A stretch of DNA of 64,000 bases from a virus. Shown here one piece after another: positions 9,629 to 20,015 of this stretch. The translations under genes and the position numbers were made by a program. The DNA lies in the IMG/VR virus record IMGVR_UViG_3300042450_000799, positions 1 to 64,000 of that record. The stretch is one strand, 5' to 3'. Numbering within the stretch: the stretch's first letter is position 1; every line of letters begins with the position of its first letter. The notes below the pieces were generated by a model that searched no databases, was not told the origin of the DNA, and saw nothing but the letters and a program-made list of their open reading frames with translations.

Positions 9629-10609
9629 TTACAATTGATTTTTTACAATCCTTTTCATTATCTCAACGTATTTAATTGTTGAACTATTCGTATCTACAAA
9701 ATCAAAATAATTAATATTCTCCCTTAATTTATCTAAAGGATTAACATTAATAAATTCCCCTTTATAAAACTTAGTTTCTTTTAAATTGTGAGTTACTCCC
9801 GCCATATGTAAGATGGGGTGTTTTTCATAACTGGTAATATTATCAGTCGCCCACGAAAACCCCAATTCATCCGTTATCTTTGTCTCAATCCCAAAGTCCC
9901 AAAGGTTCCATAATAAAGACCACATCTCAGCAGTCCAAAACTGTATTTCACCAGGACTTATCGGAAATCTCTTTTGATAACTCATCATTTGATCATATAG
10001 AGGTGTACAATCTTCATAAATTTTATTCCACATAAATGAATCAGTATTTTTTATAATATATTGACCACCACCTGAGTTTTCTTGATTACATTTAACACAG
10101 TCAACTGATACCCCAACAACATCTACCATCTCTTGAATTAATTGTCCTTTATTAGAAGTGGGATGATGTTTTTCATATCGTTCACAACAATCATTAATAT
10201 AATTATAACCAATGTACCCAATTGTGTCTGACAAATAAGTTACATCGTCAGATAACAACGTATCAAAGTCCGGTAATTTTCTAAAGATAATATCAGCATC
10301 ATGTAAGAAAAAACATTTTCCAAACTCCGGAAATTGTTCTAACCATTTATGTATTAGATATGGTTTAATATTTGGGATATAATGCTTTTGACGTCTATCA
10401 TCCAAATAATGATGGACATTTATCCCCATCGATTTAAGCTCCATCGATTCTTTGGTTGGTTCAGTTTTCCCATTAACTATTGAAAATATAACGTGGATCT
10501 GACCAGGGTCGATACCCATTTCTATAAAATTATGTGAATACACTTTAACTTGCCAATGAAAATATGGAACATCGGGTTGTGCGGTCACAAATACTAAATC
10601 ATTCTTCAT
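9629..10609 (-). CDS. GT-A glycosyltransferase resembling plant peptidyl-Ser/Hyp O-glycosyltransferases (GT96 SGT1 / GT95 HPAT)
   Basis: YFHWQ, YIPNIKP..I..WL, HDADII (DxD), GYIGY, GGGQY, WTAEMW, PILH motifs in the order recalled for that family. Confidence 0.7.
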   Translation of the reverse strand: MKNDLVFVTAQPDVPYFHWQVKVYSHNFIEMGIDPGQIHVIFSIVNGKTEPTKESMELKSMGINVHHYLDDRRQKHYIPNIKPYLIHKWLEQFPEFGKCFFLHDADIIFRKLPDFDTLLSDDVTYLSDTIGYIGYNYINDCCERYEKHHPTSNKGQLIQEMVDVVGVSVDCVKCNQENSGGGQYIIKNTDSFMWNKIYEDCTPLYDQMMSYQKRFPISPGEIQFWTAEMWSLLWNLWDFGIETKITDELGFSWATDNITSYEKHPILHMAGVTHNLKETKFYKGEFINVNPLDKLRENINYFDFVDTNSSTIKYVEIMKRIVKNQL

Positions 10610-10690
10610 AATACCGTTTGACTTAAATATACAAAATATTTATTCTTAGTGAATGATGATGTTAAGACTTAATCACAAAACGATTGGAAA

Positions 10691-13600
10691 TTAAGTTTGT
10701 GTTGGGGTTGGTGTTGGGGTTGGGGTTGGTGTTGGTAGTAAACAACCTAGTTCAACCATATCACCATCAACTTCTTTAGGGGCAGAATTAACATAAACAT
10801 TATTATTAGTTGGGATATATACCCCAAATGATGTACTAGATAAGGCAATTGTTGACACAACCGTATTTGTTATTGTATTGATAATAAGAACACTTTCCGG
10901 ATCAAATTGATTAACATAAAGGTATCCATTTGATGGGTTATATGTTGAGTTAACTGGAGCTCCAGTTGCCGGTATTGTGATTGTCACATCAGTATTAATA
11001 TCGATTACCGTAATAGTATTATCACCAGTATTCGTAACATAAATGTAAAGAGGGGTTTCAATAATTGATACTGTATTTAGAAACCCAACCGGTATTATGG
11101 AAACTACCGTATTTGTGGTTGTATCAATTTTACTAACATTATTATCTAATTCATTCGCAACATAAACATAGTTGTTAATTGATGAATAAAGAATTGTACT
11201 AGGACTATTACCAACAGGTATTGACAACACAACAGTATCTGTAACTGGATCAACAACATCAACTACGTCAAAATTTGTAATCGATACGTAAACATACCCA
11301 TTAATTGGATCATATGCTAAACCATTAGATCCAATATAAGCTGTTCCGGTTAACGTAACTGATGTTAAGACACTATTAGTTGTTGTATCAATAACATTTA
11401 AAAATACGCTAAGATTATCTGTAACATATAACTTATTAACCCCATTTACATATAGAGTTCCCACCCATAAACTACCAGTACTAATTGTTGATATAACCAT
11501 ATTCGTTGATGTATCAATAACGCTAACTGTATCATCACCACTATTAGGAACGTAAATACATCCATTATCAGAATTATATTGGATAGGACAATTATTACCA
11601 AGACCTACGTTAATTGTTGTTATAACGGTATTTGTTATAGTATCGATTACACTGACAGAACTACTATCCGTATTATTAACATAAAGATACCCATTTGTTG
11701 ATACGTAAACCGCAGATTGAGAAACTATCCCAACACCTATCGTATCTAATATTGTAACATCATAACATGGTAAGGGGGTGGGGGTTGGTGTTGGGGTTGG
11801 TTCACATGTTTGACACGCAATATCATAAGAAATTTTTAAAGATATTTTAACATCACCATCAATTAAAGAAATGTCTGAATTACAATCTGTATTAATTACG
11901 ATCATATTATTTAAATAATCGATTAGTACTCCCCCAATACCACCATATGAAATCAAAATCTCTTTTACAACATCATAAAATAAACTATCTAAAGGAAATT
12001 CGGTTAAAGTAGACCCAGTGTAGAAAGATTGAATTTGAGTATCTCCATTAACAGTTACTTCCGCGTAAAATATTGTTTGATTTAATATACAATTGGTATC
12101 ACCACTAGTTAAATCATAAAAACCTTCGGTTAACATTTGTTGAGGGCCTTTCCTAATAGTTTGACCTGTATTCATAAAATCACCATCACAAATATTATAT
12201 GTCTGATATGATGATAATAGATTAAAACCATTAATAATTATATCTCTAGTTTGAACACACCCATTTGAATCCGTAACTGTTAAGGTGTAAGTCCCCGCAG
12301 ATAAAGTATTAACATTTAATCCCGTTTGACCATTAACATTTAAACTCCAATCTAAAATAAACGGTGGTTCTCCATTTGTAATAAATGCACTTATAGTCCC
12401 ATTACTTCCGTTAGTTGAGTCAGTTCCAGCTAAAACAAAATCAAGAGTACTCGAATTATCAATAGTAAACGGTAATATTTGAACACATCCATTTGAATCC
12501 GTAACTGTTGCGGTATAATTACCCGAAGATAAGTTAGTGAAAGTATACGTTAAATCACTTGTAAAAACAAAATGACCATCAATTTCAAACTTAAATGGCC
12601 CAACCCCACCTTCTGTTATATTCAAAGTAACTGAACCATCGTTTGAATCACATGTTGTACCAATGGTATCGACCGATAATTCAAATAACGTTATATTATC
12701 AATTGTATATTCCTGAGTAAACACACAAGGCCCATTATCCGAAATTGTTAAAGTATAATCTCCAGATGATAACCCGTTAAACGTCCATGTTACAAAACTC
12801 CCCGAAACTGTTGTAGAGTTACTTAGGGAATCTATCAATGTATATGTATAGGGAGGTGATCCCCCAAAAATTACAACACCAATTGATCCTGAAATATTAT
12901 TACACACTGAATTTACAACATTAACTGAGGTTACAGAAAGACCCCCCGGTGTTAATAGTGTAACTGAGGCTATAAAATTACATAACCCCGCGTCAGTTAC
13001 TTGAACTGAGAATATACCAGCTGGCACTCCTGTGAAAGTATGTGTCGAAGAAAAACTAACCGCAACAGACCCATTGGAACCTGAATAATAATATGGTGAG
13101 GTTCCACCTGTTATTGTTATTGTTACTTCTCCATCTGATGAGAAACAAGATGGTGTAACAACAGTGAATGCCCCTAAACCAACATTAGGTACTGTCGTTA
13201 CAGTTACCCCACTACTTTGTACACATCCAGAACCATCAGTTACCGCAATTGTGTATGGGCCTGCCGTTAATCCCGTTATTGATTGTGTAGTTTGACCACC
13301 TGGTGACCATAAATAAGTATAAGGTGGTGTTCCCGTTAACCCTGTTATATGTATTGATCCCGAATTAACCGCACAACCCGCATCATTTACAACATATAAC
13401 CCAATTTCAAGTGGAAGTGAGTCTTTGATGATACACGTTTCAGATTTACCCGTACACCCACCTCCATCATCAGCAACCACATAATATGTACCCGCAGATA
13501 AACCTCCAAAACTATAAGACGAAACAATACTAACTCCTGATGTAATATAACCTGAAGTCATTTCATATAAACCAAAACTACCTGTTCCATATAAATTAGT

Positions 13601-13939
13601 TGTTGTGGCGGTTAAAGAACCATTGTCTAATCCGCATACGGTATTCGTTTGACTCGTAATACTAACACATGTTCCTGTTGATATATAGACATTAACTGGT
13701 AAGATAGTATTCGTTGGTGAGCAACTATCAATAATATTAAATGTATATGTTCCTCCTGATAACCCAGTGTTACTATAATTTGTAACTCCTGAACCTAATG
13801 GGATTGTTGTTGTATAAGGACTAATCCATTGTATTGTATAATCAGGAGCGATCCCTAAAATATCAAGACTAAACGCCCCTGATGAATCATTCGAACAGTC
13901 TCCTGTTAGACTAATAGCATATGTTAAAGTACATGACAT
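10691..13939 (-). CDS. SprB-repeat plus YVTN beta-propeller protein (receptor-binding/fibre-like), PT linkers
   Basis: Multiple GGxxPYxY...L.aG.Y...VTD..GC repeats; C-terminal (Y/L)YVxN...VSVIDT.TN.V...I.VG blades; PTPTPTPTP tracts. Confidence 0.8.
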   Translation of the reverse strand: MSCTLTYAISLTGDCSNDSSGAFSLDILGIAPDYTIQWISPYTTTIPLGSGVTNYSNTGLSGGTYTFNIIDSCSPTNTILPVNVYISTGTCVSITSQTNTVCGLDNGSLTATTTNLYGTGSFGLYEMTSGYITSGVSIVSSYSFGGLSAGTYYVVADDGGGCTGKSETCIIKDSLPLEIGLYVVNDAGCAVNSGSIHITGLTGTPPYTYLWSPGGQTTQSITGLTAGPYTIAVTDGSGCVQSSGVTVTTVPNVGLGAFTVVTPSCFSSDGEVTITITGGTSPYYYSGSNGSVAVSFSSTHTFTGVPAGIFSVQVTDAGLCNFIASVTLLTPGGLSVTSVNVVNSVCNNISGSIGVVIFGGSPPYTYTLIDSLSNSTTVSGSFVTWTFNGLSSGDYTLTISDNGPCVFTQEYTIDNITLFELSVDTIGTTCDSNDGSVTLNITEGGVGPFKFEIDGHFVFTSDLTYTFTNLSSGNYTATVTDSNGCVQILPFTIDNSSTLDFVLAGTDSTNGSNGTISAFITNGEPPFILDWSLNVNGQTGLNVNTLSAGTYTLTVTDSNGCVQTRDIIINGFNLLSSYQTYNICDGDFMNTGQTIRKGPQQMLTEGFYDLTSGDTNCILNQTIFYAEVTVNGDTQIQSFYTGSTLTEFPLDSLFYDVVKEILISYGGIGGVLIDYLNNMIVINTDCNSDISLIDGDVKISLKISYDIACQTCEPTPTPTPTPLPCYDVTILDTIGVGIVSQSAVYVSTNGYLYVNNTDSSSVSVIDTITNTVITTINVGLGNNCPIQYNSDNGCIYVPNSGDDTVSVIDTSTNMVISTISTGSLWVGTLYVNGVNKLYVTDNLSVFLNVIDTTTNSVLTSVTLTGTAYIGSNGLAYDPINGYVYVSITNFDVVDVVDPVTDTVVLSIPVGNSPSTILYSSINNYVYVANELDNNVSKIDTTTNTVVSIIPVGFLNTVSIIETPLYIYVTNTGDNTITVIDINTDVTITIPATGAPVNSTYNPSNGYLYVNQFDPESVLIINTITNTVVSTIALSSTSFGVYIPTNNNVYVNSAPKEVDGDMVELGCLLPTPTPTPTPTPTQT

Positions 13940-16900
13940 TAATTACATAATATATTAAAGTTTATTCCAATATTCAATTTAAAATTGATACCTTGTTCTG
14001 ATACCGAACATACTTGATTAGATAACACCACAGTATCAGTTGTTGTTAAAAAATAATCATAACCATAAGTTTTTAAAGTCTCTAACCCAATTAAAAGAGC
14101 CGAATTCCACTCAGATATTGTTGGGACACTATAGACGGGACTATTGTATCCGATCCCATTAAAAAATGAATAATCAACAATAATGACATCATCGATTCTC
14201 AAATCAACAAACCACTCACTTGTCATCCCATTGAAATCACAATCATTCAAATTATACCCATTATCCGCTAAATAATTAGTTAATAATTGACCTAAAACCG
14301 CATTAAAATCTTGGATCACAGAGTTTTCCATCCAAGGATATATCGGACACTCAACTGTCTCTAATGGACAATCATGTGAGAATAAGTTTGATGTGAGCGA
14401 ACATGGTTTACAAGGAACTTTCATTAGTTGGCATCCCTCTTGTCTTCTCCAAACAAATTTTTGTCTATGAAAGATCGAATTCTCAAGTCGAACCCCCGTA
14501 TTCCAAATTGTTGTTGCCGGAACCATTTGTTCCACTAATCGTATCCAATAATCCCCCAATCCATTAACATATTCCATCATAGTTTTATATGTGAAATTAT
14601 CATTTGGAACCCCAATAGTCTCATTTGATTGTAGATATCTCCAAAATATAGAATCTAAGGTTGGATACCCACCAGTCTTACCATTAGAAGAGAATTGTCT
14701 ATTTCTAACATTAATAGTATTTAACCAAAATGTTTGAGCAAACTCAAAGAAAGTTTTTCGACTTGGTTGTGGATTAATCTCAGTCCAATCTACGCCACCT
14801 CTACTCGGATAAGGACTATACGGTTTTGGATCACAAGGTGTTGGTGGAACGTAATTTAACCCCTCATCCGGTATTGGGTAATTATATTGCTGTGACATAT
14901 ACCATATATCGTAAGCAATCCCTTGTCCAGGATTTAAGAATAAATCAACATTCTTAACATTCAATACTAATTTTTCATCCGACACATAATATCTAGCATT
15001 AAGATTGCCGTCAAGATTTCTTCTAATACCTATCTCATTATCAACCCAACTTTTATTGTTATCAATTGTTTCTCTTAACGTATACCCTAAATTCATAAAT
15101 GGGAACTTACGATATCTATTCAAATATTCTTGACCATATGAATACGGTAATAATACTGTTTGATAATTCGGATTATTACCCACAAATACACTATTAGTTA
15201 GGTCTACATTTTCTGGAGCCCTATGTTGTGGTGTTTGTTCAAACCATCCACTACCCATTTGAAAGAAATAACTATCTGAGTTGATTGGTGTTGACGGATA
15301 CCCATATTCATCCATAGGATATTCATCTATAGTTACATTAACATCTTGTATATCTCCCGTTGTTGTAAATCCAGTGTAAGTTTGACCAAAAATTGAATAT
15401 ATATCAGCAGTATCTAATACCGGTGTTTGTTGTACATAAGTACCTCCAGATATCTGAGAGAATTGTGTGTCAAATTGAGATATGTTAATTTTTTGATCAG
15501 CAAGATAAACATACTCATTAAAATCAATCAATGCTTCAGGAGCCCCAATTAACCTCATTAAAATTTCAATCGATTTTCTAGTTCCTTTAGATTTAAATAG
15601 ATACGCAGAATTCAACACTAAATTTCTATAATATTGGTAATTCAACTCATCTGGTGTTTGTTCTTGAGATAACCCAGGATAAACCGAAGCCTCATTATTT
15701 TTAGTCCCAAAGACTGATGTCAATAAATCTGTTTCTGATATTGGTGAAATATTAGTATTCCACCCAAGTGTTTGTGCAAGATTTTTAAGTAATTGTGATG
15801 GTATATCATTACCAACATTATAATTAACAGATGTCATATAAGATAATGCTGTTATGTATTTTTTAACATCATCAAAACTTTTACCATAAATCTGTAACAC
15901 TTTCTCAACTTTCTGATCTTGAGTGTCAAACTCTTTAAATGATCCCGTTGTTAAAAATCTCGAAACTAAATTTGTTCTATATAAATCAAAAGATTCACTA
16001 AGATCACTTATTGAAATAATATACGTCTCAAAAGATTTTGTAATGATATCAATATTCCAAGTCCCATATAATGGCCAAGTAATATTTTTATTCTGAATGT
16101 AATACGTCCCATCTTCAGATTCCTTCGGTATTTTAAATGTTGCCGTATATTTTGGTGTGACGTTTCTGTTTAATAGGAAGTTTTCAACTTCGTCTAAATT
16201 CTCATTAAACACCTTATTAACTTCCAAGTCATTTGGTCGTATAACCAAATCATCAGTAGTTACGGTCTGACCTGAAAACGGATCCCCATAAACATACAAT
16301 TTCAATGTCCCACTCGTTAAACTTGTTGTTGGAACGATTCCCGTTACTCCATACCCAACCCCATTATAATAAAGTGAGTATTTTGCATACTGAACTTTCA
16401 TATCTCTTAATGGAGAGACTTGGATTTCCTTTAATTGTAAATTTCTAGTTGAGTTTACCGTAAAGTCAACGTCAAATGGATTACGTAATCTAGACAAATC
16501 TAACTCAAAACTAGTTTCATTATTTTTCTTATCATACGTAATATTATTAGCTGTAGGTCCCGTCACATAATTAGGCCCCATATAAGTAACCTCTAACGCT
16601 CCCGGGAAATAACTAATTATTGTAGTAATTGACGCAGACATTCTTTTAACCATCGAACCATACAATGTAAAGTTAGTAACTTGAGTTAAATCGAAATTAG
16701 GGTATACTTTGAAATTGTTTTCAATAATCGCTTTAGATTGATCAAGACTCTCAATCCCTAACGAACTTAAATTTATTGGTTCTGAAAATGTCCCAGTATT
16801 AAAAGTTCTATTTGTTTTCTCATTTGCCGATGTGGTAAATTCAAAATTCCCTTGCGTAAGACCTCCTCCCGACACAAGTTGTAAACCAACTAAGTTATCT

Positions 16901-16959
16901 GAGAAAGTACCAGCACCAGTTACGGGTTGTGGTGGACAAGTGTATTTCTTAATCGCCAT
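13939..16959 (-). CDS. Large baseplate-associated structural protein (phage tail protein I / gp7-like region)
   Basis: LLKNLAQTLGW...YLFKSKGTRKSIE..MRLIG motif resembles tail protein I-type wedge domains; 1-nt overlaps with neighbours. Confidence 0.65.
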   Translation of the reverse strand: MAIKKYTCPPQPVTGAGTFSDNLVGLQLVSGGGLTQGNFEFTTSANEKTNRTFNTGTFSEPINLSSLGIESLDQSKAIIENNFKVYPNFDLTQVTNFTLYGSMVKRMSASITTIISYFPGALEVTYMGPNYVTGPTANNITYDKKNNETSFELDLSRLRNPFDVDFTVNSTRNLQLKEIQVSPLRDMKVQYAKYSLYYNGVGYGVTGIVPTTSLTSGTLKLYVYGDPFSGQTVTTDDLVIRPNDLEVNKVFNENLDEVENFLLNRNVTPKYTATFKIPKESEDGTYYIQNKNITWPLYGTWNIDIITKSFETYIISISDLSESFDLYRTNLVSRFLTTGSFKEFDTQDQKVEKVLQIYGKSFDDVKKYITALSYMTSVNYNVGNDIPSQLLKNLAQTLGWNTNISPISETDLLTSVFGTKNNEASVYPGLSQEQTPDELNYQYYRNLVLNSAYLFKSKGTRKSIEILMRLIGAPEALIDFNEYVYLADQKINISQFDTQFSQISGGTYVQQTPVLDTADIYSIFGQTYTGFTTTGDIQDVNVTIDEYPMDEYGYPSTPINSDSYFFQMGSGWFEQTPQHRAPENVDLTNSVFVGNNPNYQTVLLPYSYGQEYLNRYRKFPFMNLGYTLRETIDNNKSWVDNEIGIRRNLDGNLNARYYVSDEKLVLNVKNVDLFLNPGQGIAYDIWYMSQQYNYPIPDEGLNYVPPTPCDPKPYSPYPSRGGVDWTEINPQPSRKTFFEFAQTFWLNTINVRNRQFSSNGKTGGYPTLDSIFWRYLQSNETIGVPNDNFTYKTMMEYVNGLGDYWIRLVEQMVPATTIWNTGVRLENSIFHRQKFVWRRQEGCQLMKVPCKPCSLTSNLFSHDCPLETVECPIYPWMENSVIQDFNAVLGQLLTNYLADNGYNLNDCDFNGMTSEWFVDLRIDDVIIVDYSFFNGIGYNSPVYSVPTISEWNSALLIGLETLKTYGYDYFLTTTDTVVLSNQVCSVSEQGINFKLNIGINFNILCN

Positions 16960-17867
16960 TATTGAACTATGTTTGTGAAGTTTTTACTAAAATCAATATT
17001 ATTACCTCTATCTTGTCTAACCTCATATAATAATTCATTAAATTGATCTCTAATTTCGTATAAATTGTATTGTTTATAGATGTTATTTTGATTGTCGTAT
17101 AAGGTATAAACACCATCATCAATAGATTTAGTTTGATTACCAAATAATGCAATAGCCAATGTTGAGAAATCATGTTCCGCAATTTCAATATCCAAAGTGA
17201 TTGGGTTGAAAAAAGTATTGGTTATTATAATATCCTGATCAGGTTGACCTATATAAGGAATTGCATTAGGTTTATTTGTCGGTGCCGAGGACGGTGACAA
17301 TGTGCAAAACACTAAATTAGTATTATTATCAGTATATCGATATCTAATAGATTTCTGAGATGTATTTGTTAAATTTTGAACAACTGGCTCACAGAAAAAT
17401 GAAGAGGTTATTAATCTAAAAAAGTTAGGTATTTTTGTTCCATCAGAATTTAAATATTCAATTCTAAACCCAATTAACCCCTGATTAATAAATTTATTTC
17501 TATATTGTGATGGTACTGAATTTAAATCAATAACAATACCTCTAACATTAGGTAATGCCGATAAAACCCCACAATCTAACACTGTAGTTCTAATTTGAGC
17601 CGGTCTAATCAACAATGTATAAATTCCAATCTTATTGAATTGATCCGCAGGTAATTTCAAATTATATAACCCACCTAAAATTTCAACGCCAGGATTTCCT
17701 CCTGTACTCGCATTATTGAAGTATGGTCTTAGGATAGACGGAGCGTCTAACTTAGTTAAAACAAAATTATCAGTTTCGTCTCTCGATGGGGTGTAATTTA
17801 AGATTATCTCCACATCTTCGGGGGAGACATCGGCGGGTCTTATGGTTCCGTAAGTAGCAGTTGCCAA
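16959..17867 (-). CDS. Conserved structural-cluster protein (TTG start)
   Basis: 302-aa ORF, TTG GCA ACT at 17867; coupled to the downstream gene. Confidence 0.7.
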   Translation of the reverse strand: MATATYGTIRPADVSPEDVEIILNYTPSRDETDNFVLTKLDAPSILRPYFNNASTGGNPGVEILGGLYNLKLPADQFNKIGIYTLLIRPAQIRTTVLDCGVLSALPNVRGIVIDLNSVPSQYRNKFINQGLIGFRIEYLNSDGTKIPNFFRLITSSFFCEPVVQNLTNTSQKSIRYRYTDNNTNLVFCTLSPSSAPTNKPNAIPYIGQPDQDIIITNTFFNPITLDIEIAEHDFSTLAIALFGNQTKSIDDGVYTLYDNQNNIYKQYNLYEIRDQFNELLYEVRQDRGNNIDFSKNFTNIVQ

Positions 17868-17871
17868 ATTT

Positions 17872-18810
17872 TTATAGTATTAATTCATTTATTGTTATTG
17901 AACATTTAGTTCTTTTTTTAATGTTTTCTTCCCAAGGAATAAACTCCAAATTTTTAATTCCCCCAATAATTTCAGGTGATATATTATTTTTAAATCCTTC
18001 TATAATTGAATATTTATGGTCTAAATGAAACGCCCCGTCAACACCAGAATTATTTCTTTTTCCATAATTAGGTAATTGATTGATAGATTGTTGTCTTGTG
18101 AACCTCATAACATCATTTTTATATTTTTTATAATCATCTTTAATATTTAAGTATTTGTCATATGATATCCCTCTAAATCTTTTTACAGTACCAACCGAGT
18201 TTCCCTCACTCATATTTCTACGATAATCGGTTAATTGTAAATATTTGTCAATAAAAGATTTTGTTAATCCTAACTGACAACCAATTTCTTCAGTATTTTT
18301 ATAATCATCCAAATACAACTTTTTAATTAAACTAATTTGTTCTTCAGATAAGTTAATTTTAACACCATTACTACGACCTTTCCTTAATATATTTTTTTCT
18401 TTTAAAATTCTTTTAATTGGTGTAATACTGACATTAAAATCTATTGAAATTTTTTTTGCCGATAACCCTTCGTTATATTTTTTAATTATTGTATCAATAT
18501 CGTCAACACTAAATTCTTTTTTAGTTTTATCTCTATCTTCAATCCAAACATTTTTTTCAATCAAAATAGTTTTAACATTTTTGCGACCAATATTTATCAT
18601 CATACTCACCTCACTATAACTAACCCCATTTTTATATAATTTAACTACCTCGCTAACAACCTCATCACTATATATTTTTTTCATGTGAGTTGGAGAACAG
18701 TTATTACACTTCCAATTTTCTCGGATAGAACATTTTAACCTACTTTTAGTAGTGTAAGATTGTATTCCCCCACAATTAAAACAAGTTTTAATATATTCTT
18801 TATTACTCAT
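17872..18810 (-). mobile_element. Free-standing HNH homing endonuclease (Zn ribbon + repeated helix-turn-helix-like units + C-terminal HNH)
   Basis: CFNC..CNNC; three I..(L/K)Y..G.S...I....(I/V)..IL repeats; HLDHKYS...NLEFIPWEENIKK; Lys-rich composition unlike flanking structural genes. Confidence 0.8.
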
Positions 18811-18827
18811 AACAATAAATATCCATT

Positions 18828-20015
18828 TTATATTTTTATAACATTGAAAAACTTAAACCCATACTTTTCAAGGTCACCAACATTATCAACTTCCCCTAAT
18901 CTCTCAAGTCTCTCTAATGCCGAGTTTTTACCTCTCTCAATGAAGACGTTGGATTGTATTTCTGCTTCATCAATTACATTTAATAATACTTCATTTTTTG
19001 TTATTGCCGAACAAACCATCATGTCAGGGGTCATTCCAGAAGAATAAACCGTAAATACAGTGGTTCCATCGTTATAATCATAGTAGTTAATGTCATTAAT
19101 TGTATAGGCGGTGTATAGGTTATCGATAGATGGCCCAAAAAATGTCCCAACATTACCCGAGGTACCTGTCACCTGAATACCTATTTTATATTTCCCACCA
19201 AATAAACCAGGATTATATTTACTACCGTATTGAGTTAAGTCATTCATCGTTGAATTTGTATACCCCGTAATTAGGAATGGAACTGTGGTGTAATTATAAC
19301 TTGACTGATCATATACATCACAATTAGAATCCCCCGTAAATAAATAATCATACATAAATGATGTTCCTGTCCAATTCCCCCCCGCAGGTGTGAAATACGC
19401 AGTTCCATTAGGGTTAGTGGCAATAATATTCGTAAATGGTACCGTAACATCTTTTTTAACCACATTATAACCCCACGGACTCATCCCAGACATTGTAATA
19501 GTATAGTTACCATTAGAGGCATAAGTGTGAGCATAATAATTAGGAGCTGTATAAGGAACTAATTCTAATGGTGAACCATCTCCCCAATCAATTTGGTAAG
19601 TCGCAAATGATAAATACTTTTTAAATTCAGACTCTGAAGTATTATAAAAATAATAGGTATAAGGTGAAAATGTTGTTGCGGAAAATAAAAAATTAGTCAT
19701 TGTTTCTTTTTGTATGACCATTCCATCAAACACGGAATAATATCCAATATCAATTGTGGTTTCAGTTAATAATATAGGTATGGTTAATCCTGTTAATAAA
19801 GAATCCCCACTTGTACCACCACTCACAATTTGTGACATTCCCGAATACACCCGAGTATATCCAGTGTATTGACTAGTTGTGGTAGTTGTCGTTATATCAC
19901 AACAAGGATCCCCACTTAAATTAAATTGTGATGTACCAGCATCGTAAGATGCAAGAAATAAATCTCCATTAATAACTTCCGGGGAAATTCGTATACTATA
20001 ATATCTATCGTCCAT
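18828..20015 (-). CDS. PKD-domain virion protein
   Basis: IDWGDG...HTY...GNYTIT PKD signature; ITTTTTTS tract. Confidence 0.7.
   Translation of the reverse strand: MDDRYYSIRISPEVINGDLFLASYDAGTSQFNLSGDPCCDITTTTTTSQYTGYTRVYSGMSQIVSGGTSGDSLLTGLTIPILLTETTIDIGYYSVFDGMVIQKETMTNFLFSATTFSPYTYYFYNTSESEFKKYLSFATYQIDWGDGSPLELVPYTAPNYYAHTYASNGNYTITMSGMSPWGYNVVKKDVTVPFTNIIATNPNGTAYFTPAGGNWTGTSFMYDYLFTGDSNCDVYDQSSYNYTTVPFLITGYTNSTMNDLTQYGSKYNPGLFGGKYKIGIQVTGTSGNVGTFFGPSIDNLYTAYTINDINYYDYNDGTTVFTVYSSGMTPDMMVCSAITKNEVLLNVIDEAEIQSNVFIERGKNSALERLERLGEVDNVGDLEKYGFKFFNVIKI

Noticed and set aside
2740-13939. Eukaryotic or giant-virus origin suggested by mucin-like, Cys-rich proteins and a plant-like glycosyltransferase
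   Set aside because: Sheath, tube, gp25, gp6, DnaG primase, coupled operons and bacterial promoters/terminators identify a tailed bacteriophage.
10691-13939. Diversity-generating retroelement target/template repeats
   Set aside because: The only near-identical duplication is about 30 bp within SprB repeats; no adenine-specific TR/VR pair or reverse transcriptase seen in the window.
17872-18810. Group I intron-encoded HNH splitting a structural gene
   Set aside because: Both flanking genes look complete, and there are only 4 and 17 nt of flanking non-coding sequence, leaving no room for intron core structure. The same applies to the HNH at 35147..35761.
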